Shown: positions 1 to 9,756, counted from the first letter of the stretch. The stretch: 64,000 nt of DNA from Flavobacteriales bacterium (GCA_965660305.1 CBFHZD010000004.1:20680-84679); one strand, 5' to 3'. Numbers and translations are program-made. Notes: generated from the letters alone by a model not told the origin.

Positions 1-1387
1 GTTTGGGTAAAAAGGCATCGTCTGGGTTGGCAATTTCAAATACTTCTTTAGTATTGTAACTCATGTTTTTTCCTAGCTTGTAGCGTAGGTTTGTATTTAC
101 ATTTTTGTCCCCAACAACTTTCACTGGATTGTTCACTTTTATCATTCCATGATCCGTAGTAATAATTAGTTGCAAATTGTTTTCTTGAATTTTTTGAACT
201 ATTTCCTGCAAAGGCGAGTGCTTGTACCAGGATTCCGTTATGGAACGATATGCCGAGTTATCATCGGCTAATTCTTTGATTACCTCCATATCCGTTCTTG
301 CATGAGAGAGCATATCCACAAAATTATAAACGATCACATTGAAATCATTTTTGAGTAAATCAGAAAAATTATCTACGAGTTTTTTTCCTTTTTGATTGTT
401 TGTGATTTTAGTGTAGGAAGTTTTTAATCCCATACCCAACCGTTTCATTTGGTCATTCAAAAAGTCTTCTTCAAAATTATTTTTCCCTCCTTCATCTTCT
501 TCTTCAACCCATTTATCAGGAAATCTTTTCCGAATTTCCGAAGGCATCAAACCTGCAAATATTGAATTTCTGGCATATTGTGTGGCTGTGGGTAAGATAC
601 TAAAATAGGTGTCTTCTTCCTCTACATGAAAATGTTCCGAAAACAGAGGTTTTAACACTTTCCATTGGTCATATCTAAAATTATCAATGACCAGTAAGAA
701 AGATGTTTTTTCTTTGATGGCTGGTGCAATTTTTTTCTGAAATAAAGTATGAGATAGCACGGGAGTTTCGTCAGCGGTGCCATTGAGCCATTCCAGGTAA
801 TTGTTTTCGATAAAGCGAGCAAAAAGAAGGTTAGCCTCTTTCTTTTGCATCTCAAATATTTCCATCATGCTTTTATCCTGCGATTTATCCATTTGCAACT
901 CCCAATAAACCAGCTGTTCATTCAACTCTTTCCAGTCGCTAATATCTAAGTTGCCCATCAATTTCATTCCGATGTTACGGAATTCTTGTTGATATCCTGA
1001 AGTTGTTTCTTCGCTAATTAATCGAGATTGATCCGTGTTCTTTTTTACGGCAAGAAGAATTTGATTGGGATTTACAGGTTTTATCAAGTAGTCAGAAATG
1101 TTTTTTCCAATGGCACTCTCCATGATCGACTCTTCCTCACTTTTGGTAATCATTATTATGGGTAAGTTGGGTTGTAATCGCTTAATCTCCGTGAGTGCTT
1201 CAAGCCCAGAAATCCCTGGCATGTTTTCATCCAAAAAAATCAAATCATAGGATTTTTCTTTTACCATATCAATTGCTTCGCTGCCATTGTTAATGGTGTC
1301 AACTTCACAGTTTTTCTGCTCAAGAAACATAATGTGAGGTTTCAACAAATCAATTTCGTCATCCGCCCATAAAATTCGTACTGCCAT
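1..1387 (-). CDS. porX: PorX-like orphan response regulator: CheY-type receiver fused to a PglZ/alkaline-phosphatase-like domain. The C-terminus runs off the window edge.
   Basis: My own translation of the minus strand from ATG (1387..1385) gives MAVRILWADDEIDLLKPHIMFLEQKNCEVDTINNGSEAIDMVKEKSYDLIFLDENMPGISGLEALTEIKRLQPNLPIIMITKSEEESIMESAIGKNISDYLIKPVNPNQ..., then ...FSILPTATQYARNSIFAGLMPSEIRKRFPDKW...LQLIITTDHGMIKV... The frame stays open to position 2 (about 462 codons). It is absent from the ORF track because it has no stop inside the window. Confidence 0.8.
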   Translation of the reverse strand, partial: MAVRILWADDEIDLLKPHIMFLEQKNCEVDTINNGSEAIDMVKEKSYDLIFLDENMPGISGLEALTEIKRLQPNLPIIMITKSEEESIMESAIGKNISDYLIKPVNPNQILLAVKKNTDQSRLISEETTSGYQQEFRNIGMKLMGNLDISDWKELNEQLVYWELQMDKSQDKSMMEIFEMQKKEANLLFARFIENNYLEWLNGTADETPVLSHTLFQKKIAPAIKEKTSFLLVIDNFRYDQWKVLKPLFSEHFHVEEEDTYFSILPTATQYARNSIFAGLMPSEIRKRFPDKWVEEEDEGGKNNFEEDFLNDQMKRLGMGLKTSYTKITNNQKGKKLVDNFSDLLKNDFNVIVYNFVDMLSHARTDMEVIKELADDNSAYRSITESWYKHSPLQEIVQKIQENNLQLIITTDHGMIKVNNPVKVVGDKNVNTNLRYKLGKNMSYNTKEVFEIANPDDAFLPK

Positions 1388-1545
1388 AATTTTTGTGTAT
1401 CTCTAAGGGATAAAAACTTATTCCTTCAAGTAGTTTAATATTCTTATTTTTGTAAATATATTGCTTATTTCTGCCCTCAAGGGTTATCTTTAAAAAAAAC
1501 CTACAGAATAGAATGATGACCATTCGCTTTGTAAATTAATTCTAA

Positions 1546-2769
1546 ATGAAAATACTAAACGACCCGATATACGGATTTATTACTATTAAGTACCCAATTT
1601 TATTGAAGTTAATAGATCACCCTTATTTTCAAAGGTTGAATAGAATCAAACAATTAGGGTTGTCCTATCTTGTATATCCTGGTGCGCACCATACCCGATT
1701 TCATCATGCAATAGGAGCCATGCATCTCATGCAGGAAGCTTTAGAGGTTCTGAAGGTTAAGAATGTGGAAATAACAGAGGAGGAAGAAATAGGGGTGTTG
1801 ATCGCTATTTTGCTTCATGATATTGGTCACGGACCATTCTCGCATGCCCTTGAGCACACTTTAGTTTCAGGGGTGAATCACGAAGATCTATCAATAATTT
1901 TGATGGACAAGTTGAATGAGGAATTTGAGGGAGAATTAGGTTTGGCTATACAGATATTTCGAAATAGCTACTCGAAAAAATTCTTACATCAATTGGTTTC
2001 CTCTCAACTGGATATGGATCGTTTAGATTATCTCAAGCGAGACAGCTTTTACAGCGGTGTTTCCGAAGGAGTGGTGAGTAGCGATAGAATTATTAATATG
2101 CTTAACGTACATGAAGATCAGTTGGTGATAGAAGAAAAAGGGATTTATTCCATCGAAAAATTCATTGTTGCTCGAAGACTGATGTATTGGCAGGTATATT
2201 TACATAAGACTGTATTGGCCGCAGAGAACCTATTGGTTGAAATCTTGAAAAGAGCCAATTTTTTGGCAAGTCAGGGCGAAGAATTGTTTGCAAGCCCTGT
2301 GCTGAAAAAATTCTTGTACAATAATTATACAAAAGAAGATTTTAACAAAAATGAGGTAATTTATCACTTCACCATGTTGGATGACTCTGATATTTACAGT
2401 GCTATAAAAGCATGGTGTAATCATTCTGACAAAACATTGTCTGTGATTTCAAGAAACTTAATAGATCGTAAATTACCTAAAATTGCCATCCAAAAACTTC
2501 CTTTTGAAACGGAAAGAATTGAGAAATTGAAGGAAATGGTGAAAGCGAAGTATCACATTAGTAACATAGAAATAGGACATTTAGTTTTTAATTCTGAGAT
2601 AGCCAACAATGCTTACAATGCTAAAAAGGATATTATTCTAATAAAGTACAAGAATGGCTCTGTACTCAACATTACTGATGCTTCTGATAATTTTAATATT
2701 CAAGCTTTAACCGAGCCAGTAAAAAAGTATTTTATCTGTTACCCAAAAGAGTTTCGGAATAAATGGTAA
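1546..2769 (+). CDS. HD-domain phosphohydrolase, SAMHD1/YwfO-like (putative dNTP triphosphohydrolase family)
   Basis: 407 aa. It has ILNDPIYGFITI...FQRLNRIKQLG, the HD motif HTRFHHAIGAMH...LLHDIGHGPFSH, and DMDRLDYLKRD. Confidence 0.75.
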   Translation: MKILNDPIYGFITIKYPILLKLIDHPYFQRLNRIKQLGLSYLVYPGAHHTRFHHAIGAMHLMQEALEVLKVKNVEITEEEEIGVLIAILLHDIGHGPFSHALEHTLVSGVNHEDLSIILMDKLNEEFEGELGLAIQIFRNSYSKKFLHQLVSSQLDMDRLDYLKRDSFYSGVSEGVVSSDRIINMLNVHEDQLVIEEKGIYSIEKFIVARRLMYWQVYLHKTVLAAENLLVEILKRANFLASQGEELFASPVLKKFLYNNYTKEDFNKNEVIYHFTMLDDSDIYSAIKAWCNHSDKTLSVISRNLIDRKLPKIAIQKLPFETERIEKLKEMVKAKYHISNIEIGHLVFNSEIANNAYNAKKDIILIKYKNGSVLNITDASDNFNIQALTEPVKKYFICYPKEFRNKW

Positions 2770-3794
2770 AACTAATCCGATATATATTATTTCCGATCTC
2801 TGTGATTTATGGATTAATTACGGCAATTAGAAACTTGATGTTCGATAAGAACGTGTTAAAATCAAGTCATTTTGATGTTAAAACTATTTCAGTTGGGAAT
2901 ATTTCAGCAGGGGGGACTGGAAAGACACCACACATTGAATATTTAATTCGGCTTTTAAAAAAAGACAACCAACTAGCTACTCTTTCCAGAGGTTATGGCA
3001 GAAAGAGAACTGGCTTCTTATTGGCAACTGATAGCTCGACAGCCAAAGATATTGGAGATGAACCGTTGCAGTTTCACACTAAGTTTCCTGAGGTAACCGT
3101 TGCTGTTGATGCCAGAAGAGTAAACGGAGTAATTGAGTTGATGAGCCAAAAGAACAGTCCTGAAGTTATCTTACTAGATGATGCTTTTCAGCACAGGCAG
3201 CTCAAAGCAGGCCTCTCTATTTTATTGACTGATATAAATTTCCCTTTTTACTCCGATTTTATGCTCCCGACAGGTAATTTAAGAGAGTTTTCGGGAGCCA
3301 AGAAAAGGGCGGATATCATTATAGTAACAAAGTGTGACCAGGCGATGACAGATTCTCAAAAGGAAAAAGTGTTGGCAAAAATTAACACACCCGAAATTCC
3401 TGTTTTCTTTTCGCAAATTGATTATGCTTTTCCAGAGCTTCTGACTCAAAATACTTCTTTATCCTTTCAAGATTCTAAAAAGATTGTCTTGGTAACAGGA
3501 ATTGCAAAACCAAACCCTTTAATCAAACATTTAGGTCAATTTAAAAAGAAAATTGAACACTTAAAATATCAGGATCATCATCCGTTTACAAAAAAAGATG
3601 TGAACCACATTCTGGAATGTTATAAAAAAGAGCCTTATTCTGTCTTATTAACGACAGAAAAGGACGCCATGAGACTTAAAGATTTCAAGGAACTCAATGA
3701 TGTGCCATTTTTTTACATTCCAATTCAGGTCTCAATTCAGGAAAAAGAAGATGAATTCAAAAAAACAATAGAAAATTATGTTAGAGAAAATTAA
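2763..3794 (+). CDS. lpxK: Tetraacyldisaccharide 4'-kinase
   Basis: 343 aa with P-loop GNISAGGTGKTP and a typical LpxK length and layout. It overlaps the upstream HD gene by 7 nt. Confidence 0.85.
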   Translation: MVKLIRYILFPISVIYGLITAIRNLMFDKNVLKSSHFDVKTISVGNISAGGTGKTPHIEYLIRLLKKDNQLATLSRGYGRKRTGFLLATDSSTAKDIGDEPLQFHTKFPEVTVAVDARRVNGVIELMSQKNSPEVILLDDAFQHRQLKAGLSILLTDINFPFYSDFMLPTGNLREFSGAKKRADIIIVTKCDQAMTDSQKEKVLAKINTPEIPVFFSQIDYAFPELLTQNTSLSFQDSKKIVLVTGIAKPNPLIKHLGQFKKKIEHLKYQDHHPFTKKDVNHILECYKKEPYSVLLTTEKDAMRLKDFKELNDVPFFYIPIQVSIQEKEDEFKKTIENYVREN

Positions 3795-4596
3795 AGCGAC
3801 TGCCAATCACCTTATTTCGTTGGTTGGGGAAAACTACCAAGTAGGAATTATTTTGGGAACTGGATTGGGTGAATTGGTAAACGAAATAAAAATTTCTCAC
3901 AGCCTAGCCTATGAAGATATTCCAAACTTTCCTGTTTCTACGGTCGAAGGACATTCTGGAAAATTAATTTTTGGAACTCTTGGTGAAAAAAGAGTCGTGG
4001 CTCTTCAAGGGAGGTTTCATTATTACGAAGGTTACAGCATGAACGAAGTAGTTTTTCCGGTGCGAGTGATGAAATTTCTGGGTATAAAAACACTGATAGT
4101 GTCGAATGCCAGTGGCGGGGTTAATCCTGAGTTTGAAATTGGTGACATTATGCTCATGGATGACCATATAAATTTGTTTAGTGACAACCCATTAATTGGG
4201 AAAAACATGGATGAATTGGGGCCAAGATTTCCAGACATGAGCGAACCCTACGACAAATCATTAATTGAGAAAGTAAAGCAAATTGCTTCGGAATACGGTA
4301 TTTCATTACAGCAAGGATCTTATGCTGGTCTTTCGGGGCCAACCTTGGAGACACCAGCCGAATACAAATATGTAAGGGCAATAGGAGCCGATACAGTAGG
4401 TATGTCCACAGTGCCGGAAGTAATTGCTGCCAGACACATGGGGATTCCTTGCGTAGGTTTTTCAATTATCACAGATCTTGGTGTACCGGGAAAAATAATT
4501 GAAATGACTCATGAGATTGTCCAAGAAGTAGCAAAAAAATCAACTCCTTTGGTTTCTAAAATTGTCCAAAAGTTGGTGGTTGAGTTGAAGGATTAG
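3778..4596 (+). CDS. Purine nucleoside phosphorylase (trimeric PNP-I family)
   Basis: 272 aa with motifs GRFHYYEGY, VSNASGG and GMSTVPEV. It overlaps the lpxK 3' end by 17 nt. Confidence 0.85.
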   Translation: MLEKIKATANHLISLVGENYQVGIILGTGLGELVNEIKISHSLAYEDIPNFPVSTVEGHSGKLIFGTLGEKRVVALQGRFHYYEGYSMNEVVFPVRVMKFLGIKTLIVSNASGGVNPEFEIGDIMLMDDHINLFSDNPLIGKNMDELGPRFPDMSEPYDKSLIEKVKQIASEYGISLQQGSYAGLSGPTLETPAEYKYVRAIGADTVGMSTVPEVIAARHMGIPCVGFSIITDLGVPGKIIEMTHEIVQEVAKKSTPLVSKIVQKLVVELKD

Positions 4597-4714
4597 AGGT
4601 GTAAAACTCTATTATTTATATTCCCTTAAATGGGCTTTTGTCACTAAAAGAGTGAGAGGTTAGGAGTTTTTGATTCCTGTTTTTTTATTACCTTAGTTAT
4701 GTAAAATTTTTTCA

Positions 4715-6100
4715 ATGAAAAACACCTTATTAATCCTTGTACTTTTGTTGTTTACGGTTCGTCTTTCTGCTCAAGACAGCCTAAACATGAGCGTATTGTA
4801 CAACTGGCAAGACCCAAGTCTTTCCAAAAGCACGTTGTACGACAATGCTTATAATGAAGTTTGGGGATATGCCAAGGATGGCAGGGAGTATGCTATAATA
4901 GGAACTTCTCGAGGGACTCATTTTTTTGATGTCACCATTCCCAGCTCGGTAGTGTTGGTCGATTTTATTCAAGGAAGGGACACCGGAAGGAATATCGTTC
5001 ATAGAGATTATCACGATTATCAGGGTTACTTGTACATGGTTTCGGACGAAGGGAATGCCTCGCTTCAGATTGCTGACTTGTCTTTCTTGCCGGACTCGGT
5101 GAGCTTGGTTTACGACCAAGACACGGCCATAAAGTTATCGCATAATATATTTATTGATTCGGCTGCAGGTAAACTATATAATTGTGGCGGAGGGAATTCC
5201 AAAAAATTCGGTGTTTTTTCTTTAGCTAATCCGCTTTCTCCACAATTATTGTATCAATGCGAAAATGACATCAGTTGGTGGGCTTCAACAGTTGGCACAG
5301 GTGGATATGTTCACGATGCATTTGCCAGGAATGACACGGTTTATTGCAATGCAGGCGATGGGCTATATGTGGTTGATTTTTCTTCTTCTCCTATTTTATT
5401 GGCAAGTTTAACAAGCTACCCAGATTTGGGTTACAATCATTCTGGTTGGCTTTCTGAGGATGGATCAATTTATGCCATGGGCGATGAAACTCATGGAAAA
5501 AAAATGAAAATACTAGATGTCTCTAACCTTAACTCCATCCAATTTTTGGATACTGTTGGAGTAAATGGAGACAACAATGCTATTCTTCACAATCAAATTA
5601 TAACAGGAAACTATGTGTATGTTGCCTACTACTACAACGGAGTTTTTGTGTACGACATTTCAAATCCATCTTCGCCTGTTTTAGTGGGGTTTTATGACAC
5701 TTCTTCCGAATTAAATTATAGAAGTTTTAAGGGAGCTTGGGGTGTTTATCCGTTTTTGCCCTCGGGTAATTTACTGGTTTCAGATATGCAAGAAGGATTG
5801 TTTGTTATGGATGTTTCACAGGCAGTTGTAGGTGTTCAGGAGTATAGTAAAGAAAGGTTCAAAGTGTATCCCAACCCTGTAACCACAGATCTCAATGTGG
5901 TTGGAATAAAAGATTTTGGTGGGGAGTATTCTGTTTCTATTACAGATGTAAATGGAAAATTGATAGTTCAAGAGGTCATTCAGAATTCTTTCATGAAAGT
6001 GAATAACATAAACATTCCTTCCGAAATTCCTCCAGGGGTTTATGTTGTCAGTATTTTTAATAGTACTTTTGCAGAGAGTATAAAAATTATAAAAAACTAA
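4715..6100 (+). CDS. Secreted beta-propeller-like protein (LVIVD / choice-of-anchor-B-like) with a T9SS C-terminal sorting domain
   Basis: Signal peptide MKNTLLILVLLLFTVRLSAQ. The C-terminal ~80 aa (FKVYPNPVTTDLNVVG...YSVSITDVNGKLI...GVYVVSIFN...SIKIIKN) match the type-A Por secretion tail pattern. Confidence 0.6.
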   Translation: MKNTLLILVLLLFTVRLSAQDSLNMSVLYNWQDPSLSKSTLYDNAYNEVWGYAKDGREYAIIGTSRGTHFFDVTIPSSVVLVDFIQGRDTGRNIVHRDYHDYQGYLYMVSDEGNASLQIADLSFLPDSVSLVYDQDTAIKLSHNIFIDSAAGKLYNCGGGNSKKFGVFSLANPLSPQLLYQCENDISWWASTVGTGGYVHDAFARNDTVYCNAGDGLYVVDFSSSPILLASLTSYPDLGYNHSGWLSEDGSIYAMGDETHGKKMKILDVSNLNSIQFLDTVGVNGDNNAILHNQIITGNYVYVAYYYNGVFVYDISNPSSPVLVGFYDTSSELNYRSFKGAWGVYPFLPSGNLLVSDMQEGLFVMDVSQAVVGVQEYSKERFKVYPNPVTTDLNVVGIKDFGGEYSVSITDVNGKLIVQEVIQNSFMKVNNINIPSEIPPGVYVVSIFNSTFAESIKIIKN

Positions 6101-6102
6101 TT

Positions 6103-7557
6103 TTGAGTACAATTTACGATAAATACGAAGCTGTAATTGGATTGGAAATCCATGCCCAATTACAAACTAAAACCAAAGCATATTCTTCGGACAGAAATGA
6201 ATATGGCTCATCACCAAACACGAATGTGAGTGTGGTAACTTTGGGTCACCCAGGAACTTTACCCATGTACAACAAAAAGGCGATCAATTTTGCTGTAAAA
6301 ATGGGCTTGGCTTGCGAAAGTAACATTACGCAAGACATGATTTTTGCTCGGAAGAATTATTTTTATCCGGATTTACCGAAAGGGTATCAAATTACTCAGG
6401 ACGAAACTCCAATTTGTACTGGCGGAAAAGTACTAATAAAAACTGATGAAGGAAAGGATAAAGAGGTTGCTCTAACGCGAATTCATTTGGAGGAAGATGC
6501 AGGAAAGAGTATTCATGATTTGGATCCTTTCAATACGTTAATTGATCTAAATAGAGCTGGTGTTCCTTTGATTGAGATTGTCTCTGAGCCCGAAATCAAA
6601 ACCTCTCAGGAAGCTTATAATTATGTAACAGAGGTGAGAAGACTGGTGCGGTACCTCGATATTTGTGATGGGAATATGGAAGAGGGAAGTTTGCGATGTG
6701 ACGCGAACGTTTCTGTGATGCTAAAAGGTTCTAAAGTATTTGGAAACCGAACTGAGGTGAAGAACATGAACTCCATGCGAAATGTTCAAAAGGCAATTGA
6801 GTTTGAAATTAAAAGACAAATTGATTTGATTGAGCAAGGAGAAACTATTGTCACCGAAACCCGAAGTTTCAATGCCGCCAATGGTTCAACAATTTCCATG
6901 CGTAGTAAAGAGGCTGCAAACGATTACAGGTATTTTCCTGAGCCAGACTTACAACCCATACAAGTGACTCAAGATTATGTGGAAGCCGTGAAGGATACCA
7001 TGCCTCCTCTACCTAATTTTTTATTCAAGAAATACACCCAAGATTACGCCTTATCAGAATATGATGCAGCTGTTTTGATAGATGATAAGTCAATAGCTTT
7101 GTATTTTGAGGATGTTACAAAGCATACCAAGAATTACAAGTCGGCCTCTAACTGGGTAACAGTCAATGTAAAGTCTTACTTAAACGAAAAGGCAATTGAA
7201 ATCAAAGACTTCAGCCTAACTCCTCAACAAATAGCAGAGATTATCCAATTAATTGATTCAGGAAAAATAAGTAACTCTGTGGCTTCTCAAAAAGTATTTC
7301 CATTGATGATTGAAACGCCTGGAAAATCTGCTTTACAAATTGCCGAAGAAAACAATTTATTGCAAAACTCTAATGCCGATGAAATTACTGAACTGATTGA
7401 AAAAGCCTTGGCTAAATTTCCTGAGAAAGTGGAAGAATATAAATCGGGGAAGAAAGGACTTTTAGGATTGTTTATGGGCGAGGTAATGAAATTATCTCAA
7501 GGAAAAGCCGATCCAAAAATGGCAAGTAAGAGTTTAAAAGAGTTTTTAGAAAAATAA
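6103..7557 (+). CDS. gatB: Asp-tRNA(Asn)/Glu-tRNA(Gln) amidotransferase subunit B
   Basis: 484 aa with YEAVIGLEIHAQL, HLEEDAGKS and a GatB/YqeY-type C-terminal domain. The start is TTG at 6103. Confidence 0.95.
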   Translation: MSTIYDKYEAVIGLEIHAQLQTKTKAYSSDRNEYGSSPNTNVSVVTLGHPGTLPMYNKKAINFAVKMGLACESNITQDMIFARKNYFYPDLPKGYQITQDETPICTGGKVLIKTDEGKDKEVALTRIHLEEDAGKSIHDLDPFNTLIDLNRAGVPLIEIVSEPEIKTSQEAYNYVTEVRRLVRYLDICDGNMEEGSLRCDANVSVMLKGSKVFGNRTEVKNMNSMRNVQKAIEFEIKRQIDLIEQGETIVTETRSFNAANGSTISMRSKEAANDYRYFPEPDLQPIQVTQDYVEAVKDTMPPLPNFLFKKYTQDYALSEYDAAVLIDDKSIALYFEDVTKHTKNYKSASNWVTVNVKSYLNEKAIEIKDFSLTPQQIAEIIQLIDSGKISNSVASQKVFPLMIETPGKSALQIAEENNLLQNSNADEITELIEKALAKFPEKVEEYKSGKKGLLGLFMGEVMKLSQGKADPKMASKSLKEFLEK

Positions 7558-7563
7558 AGTTAT

Positions 7564-8706
7564 ATGAAAAAGTTAAGTGTTATAGCTGCTCTGTTTATTG
7601 TGCTCTGGGGATGCGGAGAGCAGGCAGCTCATTCCATAACGGGAACGATTGATATGGTTGGTATCCAGCCTACGCAGCAGATGTATTTGTACAAAATCGA
7701 AAACCAAATTTTAGTTCCAATTGATTCGGTTACTCTAGATGAGAAAGGTGGTTTTAGCCTTGGTTTAACTTCTCCTCAACATGGAGTTTTTCATTTTGGA
7801 ACATCAGTAAGAAATACATTCCCAGTAGTTCTTAACGAAGAGTCAAAGAACTTAAACGTCAAGATTAACAACAACCAACAGGTGTCTATGGATTATACCA
7901 TTCAAGGGTCTAAGGCCTCCGAGGAAATTGCATCTTTTGCAAAAGAAGTGTTTTTAATAATGAACTTGAATCAGCGCTTGTCTTCCCAAGCTCAACAATT
8001 GGCGCCAGATGATTTCGAAGGGCAGCAAGCCATCCAGAACGAATTCAATGCAGCTTCTGAAAAGTTTATTGATTTCAGAAATAAATACATTGAAAGAAAC
8101 AAAAATTCTGAGGCTTTGATTGCGGTAATAGATCAAATAAATCCTGAAACTGAACTGGATTTATTGAAAGAGATTTCGACCAATTTATCTGCAACAATGC
8201 CAAACTCTGCTTACGCTGAGAACATAAAAAATTACTTGGTTAACATGGAGAAAGAGAAAGAAAGTGCAGCCAAAAGAGAGAAATTAATTCAAATAGGAAA
8301 GGTTGCACCAGAGTTAGACTTTCCTAATCCAGAAGGAAAAAACATACAGCTTTCTTCATTGAGAGGAAAAGTGGTTTTGATTGATTTTTGGGCATCTTGG
8401 TGCAAACCATGTAGAGCAGAAAACCCTAACGTAGTAGCTACTTACAACAAATACAAAAACAAAGGATTTGATGTGTTTAGTTTTTCGCTAGACAAGGAAA
8501 AAGAAGCTTGGGTAAAGGCCATAGAGCAAGATGGATTGATTTGGAAAAATCATGCGAGCGATCTTAAATTTTGGCAAACTGCTGCCATTGATTTGTATGG
8601 ATTTAATGGAATTCCTTTTACGGTTCTTATTGATAGAGAAGGTAAAATTTTGGCAAAAGGATTGAGAGGTCCTGCACTAGAAGCTAAATTATTAGAGGTT
8701 TTATAA
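7564..8706 (+). CDS. TlpA/ResA-family thiol:disulfide oxidoreductase lipoprotein (divergent N-domain + thioredoxin fold)
   Basis: Lipobox LWGC. The thioredoxin-fold active site is FWASWCKPCRAENP. Confidence 0.8.
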   Translation: MKKLSVIAALFIVLWGCGEQAAHSITGTIDMVGIQPTQQMYLYKIENQILVPIDSVTLDEKGGFSLGLTSPQHGVFHFGTSVRNTFPVVLNEESKNLNVKINNNQQVSMDYTIQGSKASEEIASFAKEVFLIMNLNQRLSSQAQQLAPDDFEGQQAIQNEFNAASEKFIDFRNKYIERNKNSEALIAVIDQINPETELDLLKEISTNLSATMPNSAYAENIKNYLVNMEKEKESAAKREKLIQIGKVAPELDFPNPEGKNIQLSSLRGKVVLIDFWASWCKPCRAENPNVVATYNKYKNKGFDVFSFSLDKEKEAWVKAIEQDGLIWKNHASDLKFWQTAAIDLYGFNGIPFTVLIDREGKILAKGLRGPALEAKLLEVL

Positions 8707-8721
8707 AAAAAGCAATTTTCT

Positions 8722-9756
8722 ATGAGCAGATTAAATCAGAGTATTGTACTTGTTTTGTTTTTTCTAAATTTTGGTCTTTACGCCCAAGTTACTTCCCAAA
8801 TTAAGGGAAAGATAAAAGGAGCGAAAGGAAAAACAATTTTTTTGATGCATGAGGAAAAAGGAAAGTTGGTGGCCGCTGACTCCGCTCATGTTGGTTTTTT
8901 GGGAAGGTATAAATTGAGCACGGACGTTGCAAGGGATGACTTTTTCCGAATTTCCTTGGATAAAAAAGAAGGGATAATCCTTGTTTTGAAAGGAAATGAG
9001 ACCATCAACATCACTTCCACAACTGATTTCAAAAGTGGAGTTTATTCCGTTTCAGGTTCCAAAGATAGCGAGCTCATTCAAAATTATTTTGCGATGAAAA
9101 ACAATCCTTCTGTCTCCAAGGATTCTATGAAGAATTTTGCTAGCCAGTTTGTGAAAGATAATTCAAAGTCTTTGGCTTTGTTTGTAGCGCTGAATGATGT
9201 GAAGGATTTGCCTGTTTCTCTTAATCTTGCTGAGAAGGGAATTGGAGAATCTTACCCAAATTCGGTTTATCATAAGGCGCTGAAAAGAACTCAACAATTA
9301 ATTAAGTCACGCTCCGTAAAAGACGCTAAATCATCTACAGGGCAAATCGCTCCGGAGTTGAATATGCCTAATCCAAAAGGGGAGATTTTAACATTAAAAG
9401 CTTTAAGAGGAAAAATTGTTCTGATAGATTTTTGGGCTTCTTGGTGTGGGCCATGCCGGAGAGAGAATCCAAATGTGGTAAGACTGTATGAGAAATATAA
9501 AGAGCAAGGGTTTGAAGTGTTTAGTGTATCCCTTGATAAAAGCAAATCAAAGTGGGAAGCTGCTATCTTAAAAGATAATTTGTCGTGGGATAGTCACGTC
9601 AGTGATTTAAAAGGTTGGCGATCTGCTGCAACTAAGTTGTATGGATTTGGAGGAATTCCCTACACTGTTTTAATCGACCGAGAGGGAAGAGTAATTCAAA
9701 CCAGATTGCGAGGGGCAGCTTTAGAAAAGAAACTTGAAGAAATATTTGAGAAATAA
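8722..9756 (+). CDS. TlpA/ResA-family thiol:disulfide oxidoreductase (tandem paralogue)
   Basis: Signal peptide ...FGLYAQ and active site FWASWCGPCRRENP. The C-terminal ~135 aa align closely with the preceding gene. Confidence 0.8.
   Translation: MSRLNQSIVLVLFFLNFGLYAQVTSQIKGKIKGAKGKTIFLMHEEKGKLVAADSAHVGFLGRYKLSTDVARDDFFRISLDKKEGIILVLKGNETINITSTTDFKSGVYSVSGSKDSELIQNYFAMKNNPSVSKDSMKNFASQFVKDNSKSLALFVALNDVKDLPVSLNLAEKGIGESYPNSVYHKALKRTQQLIKSRSVKDAKSSTGQIAPELNMPNPKGEILTLKALRGKIVLIDFWASWCGPCRRENPNVVRLYEKYKEQGFEVFSVSLDKSKSKWEAAILKDNLSWDSHVSDLKGWRSAATKLYGFGGIPYTVLIDREGRVIQTRLRGAALEKKLEEIFEK

Noticed and set aside
652-855. 67-aa minus-strand ORF, the only one the track lists in the first 1.5 kb
   Set aside because: It lies in a different frame inside the long open PorX-like frame (1..1387), which has clear receiver and PglZ motifs. 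The short ORF has no features of its own.
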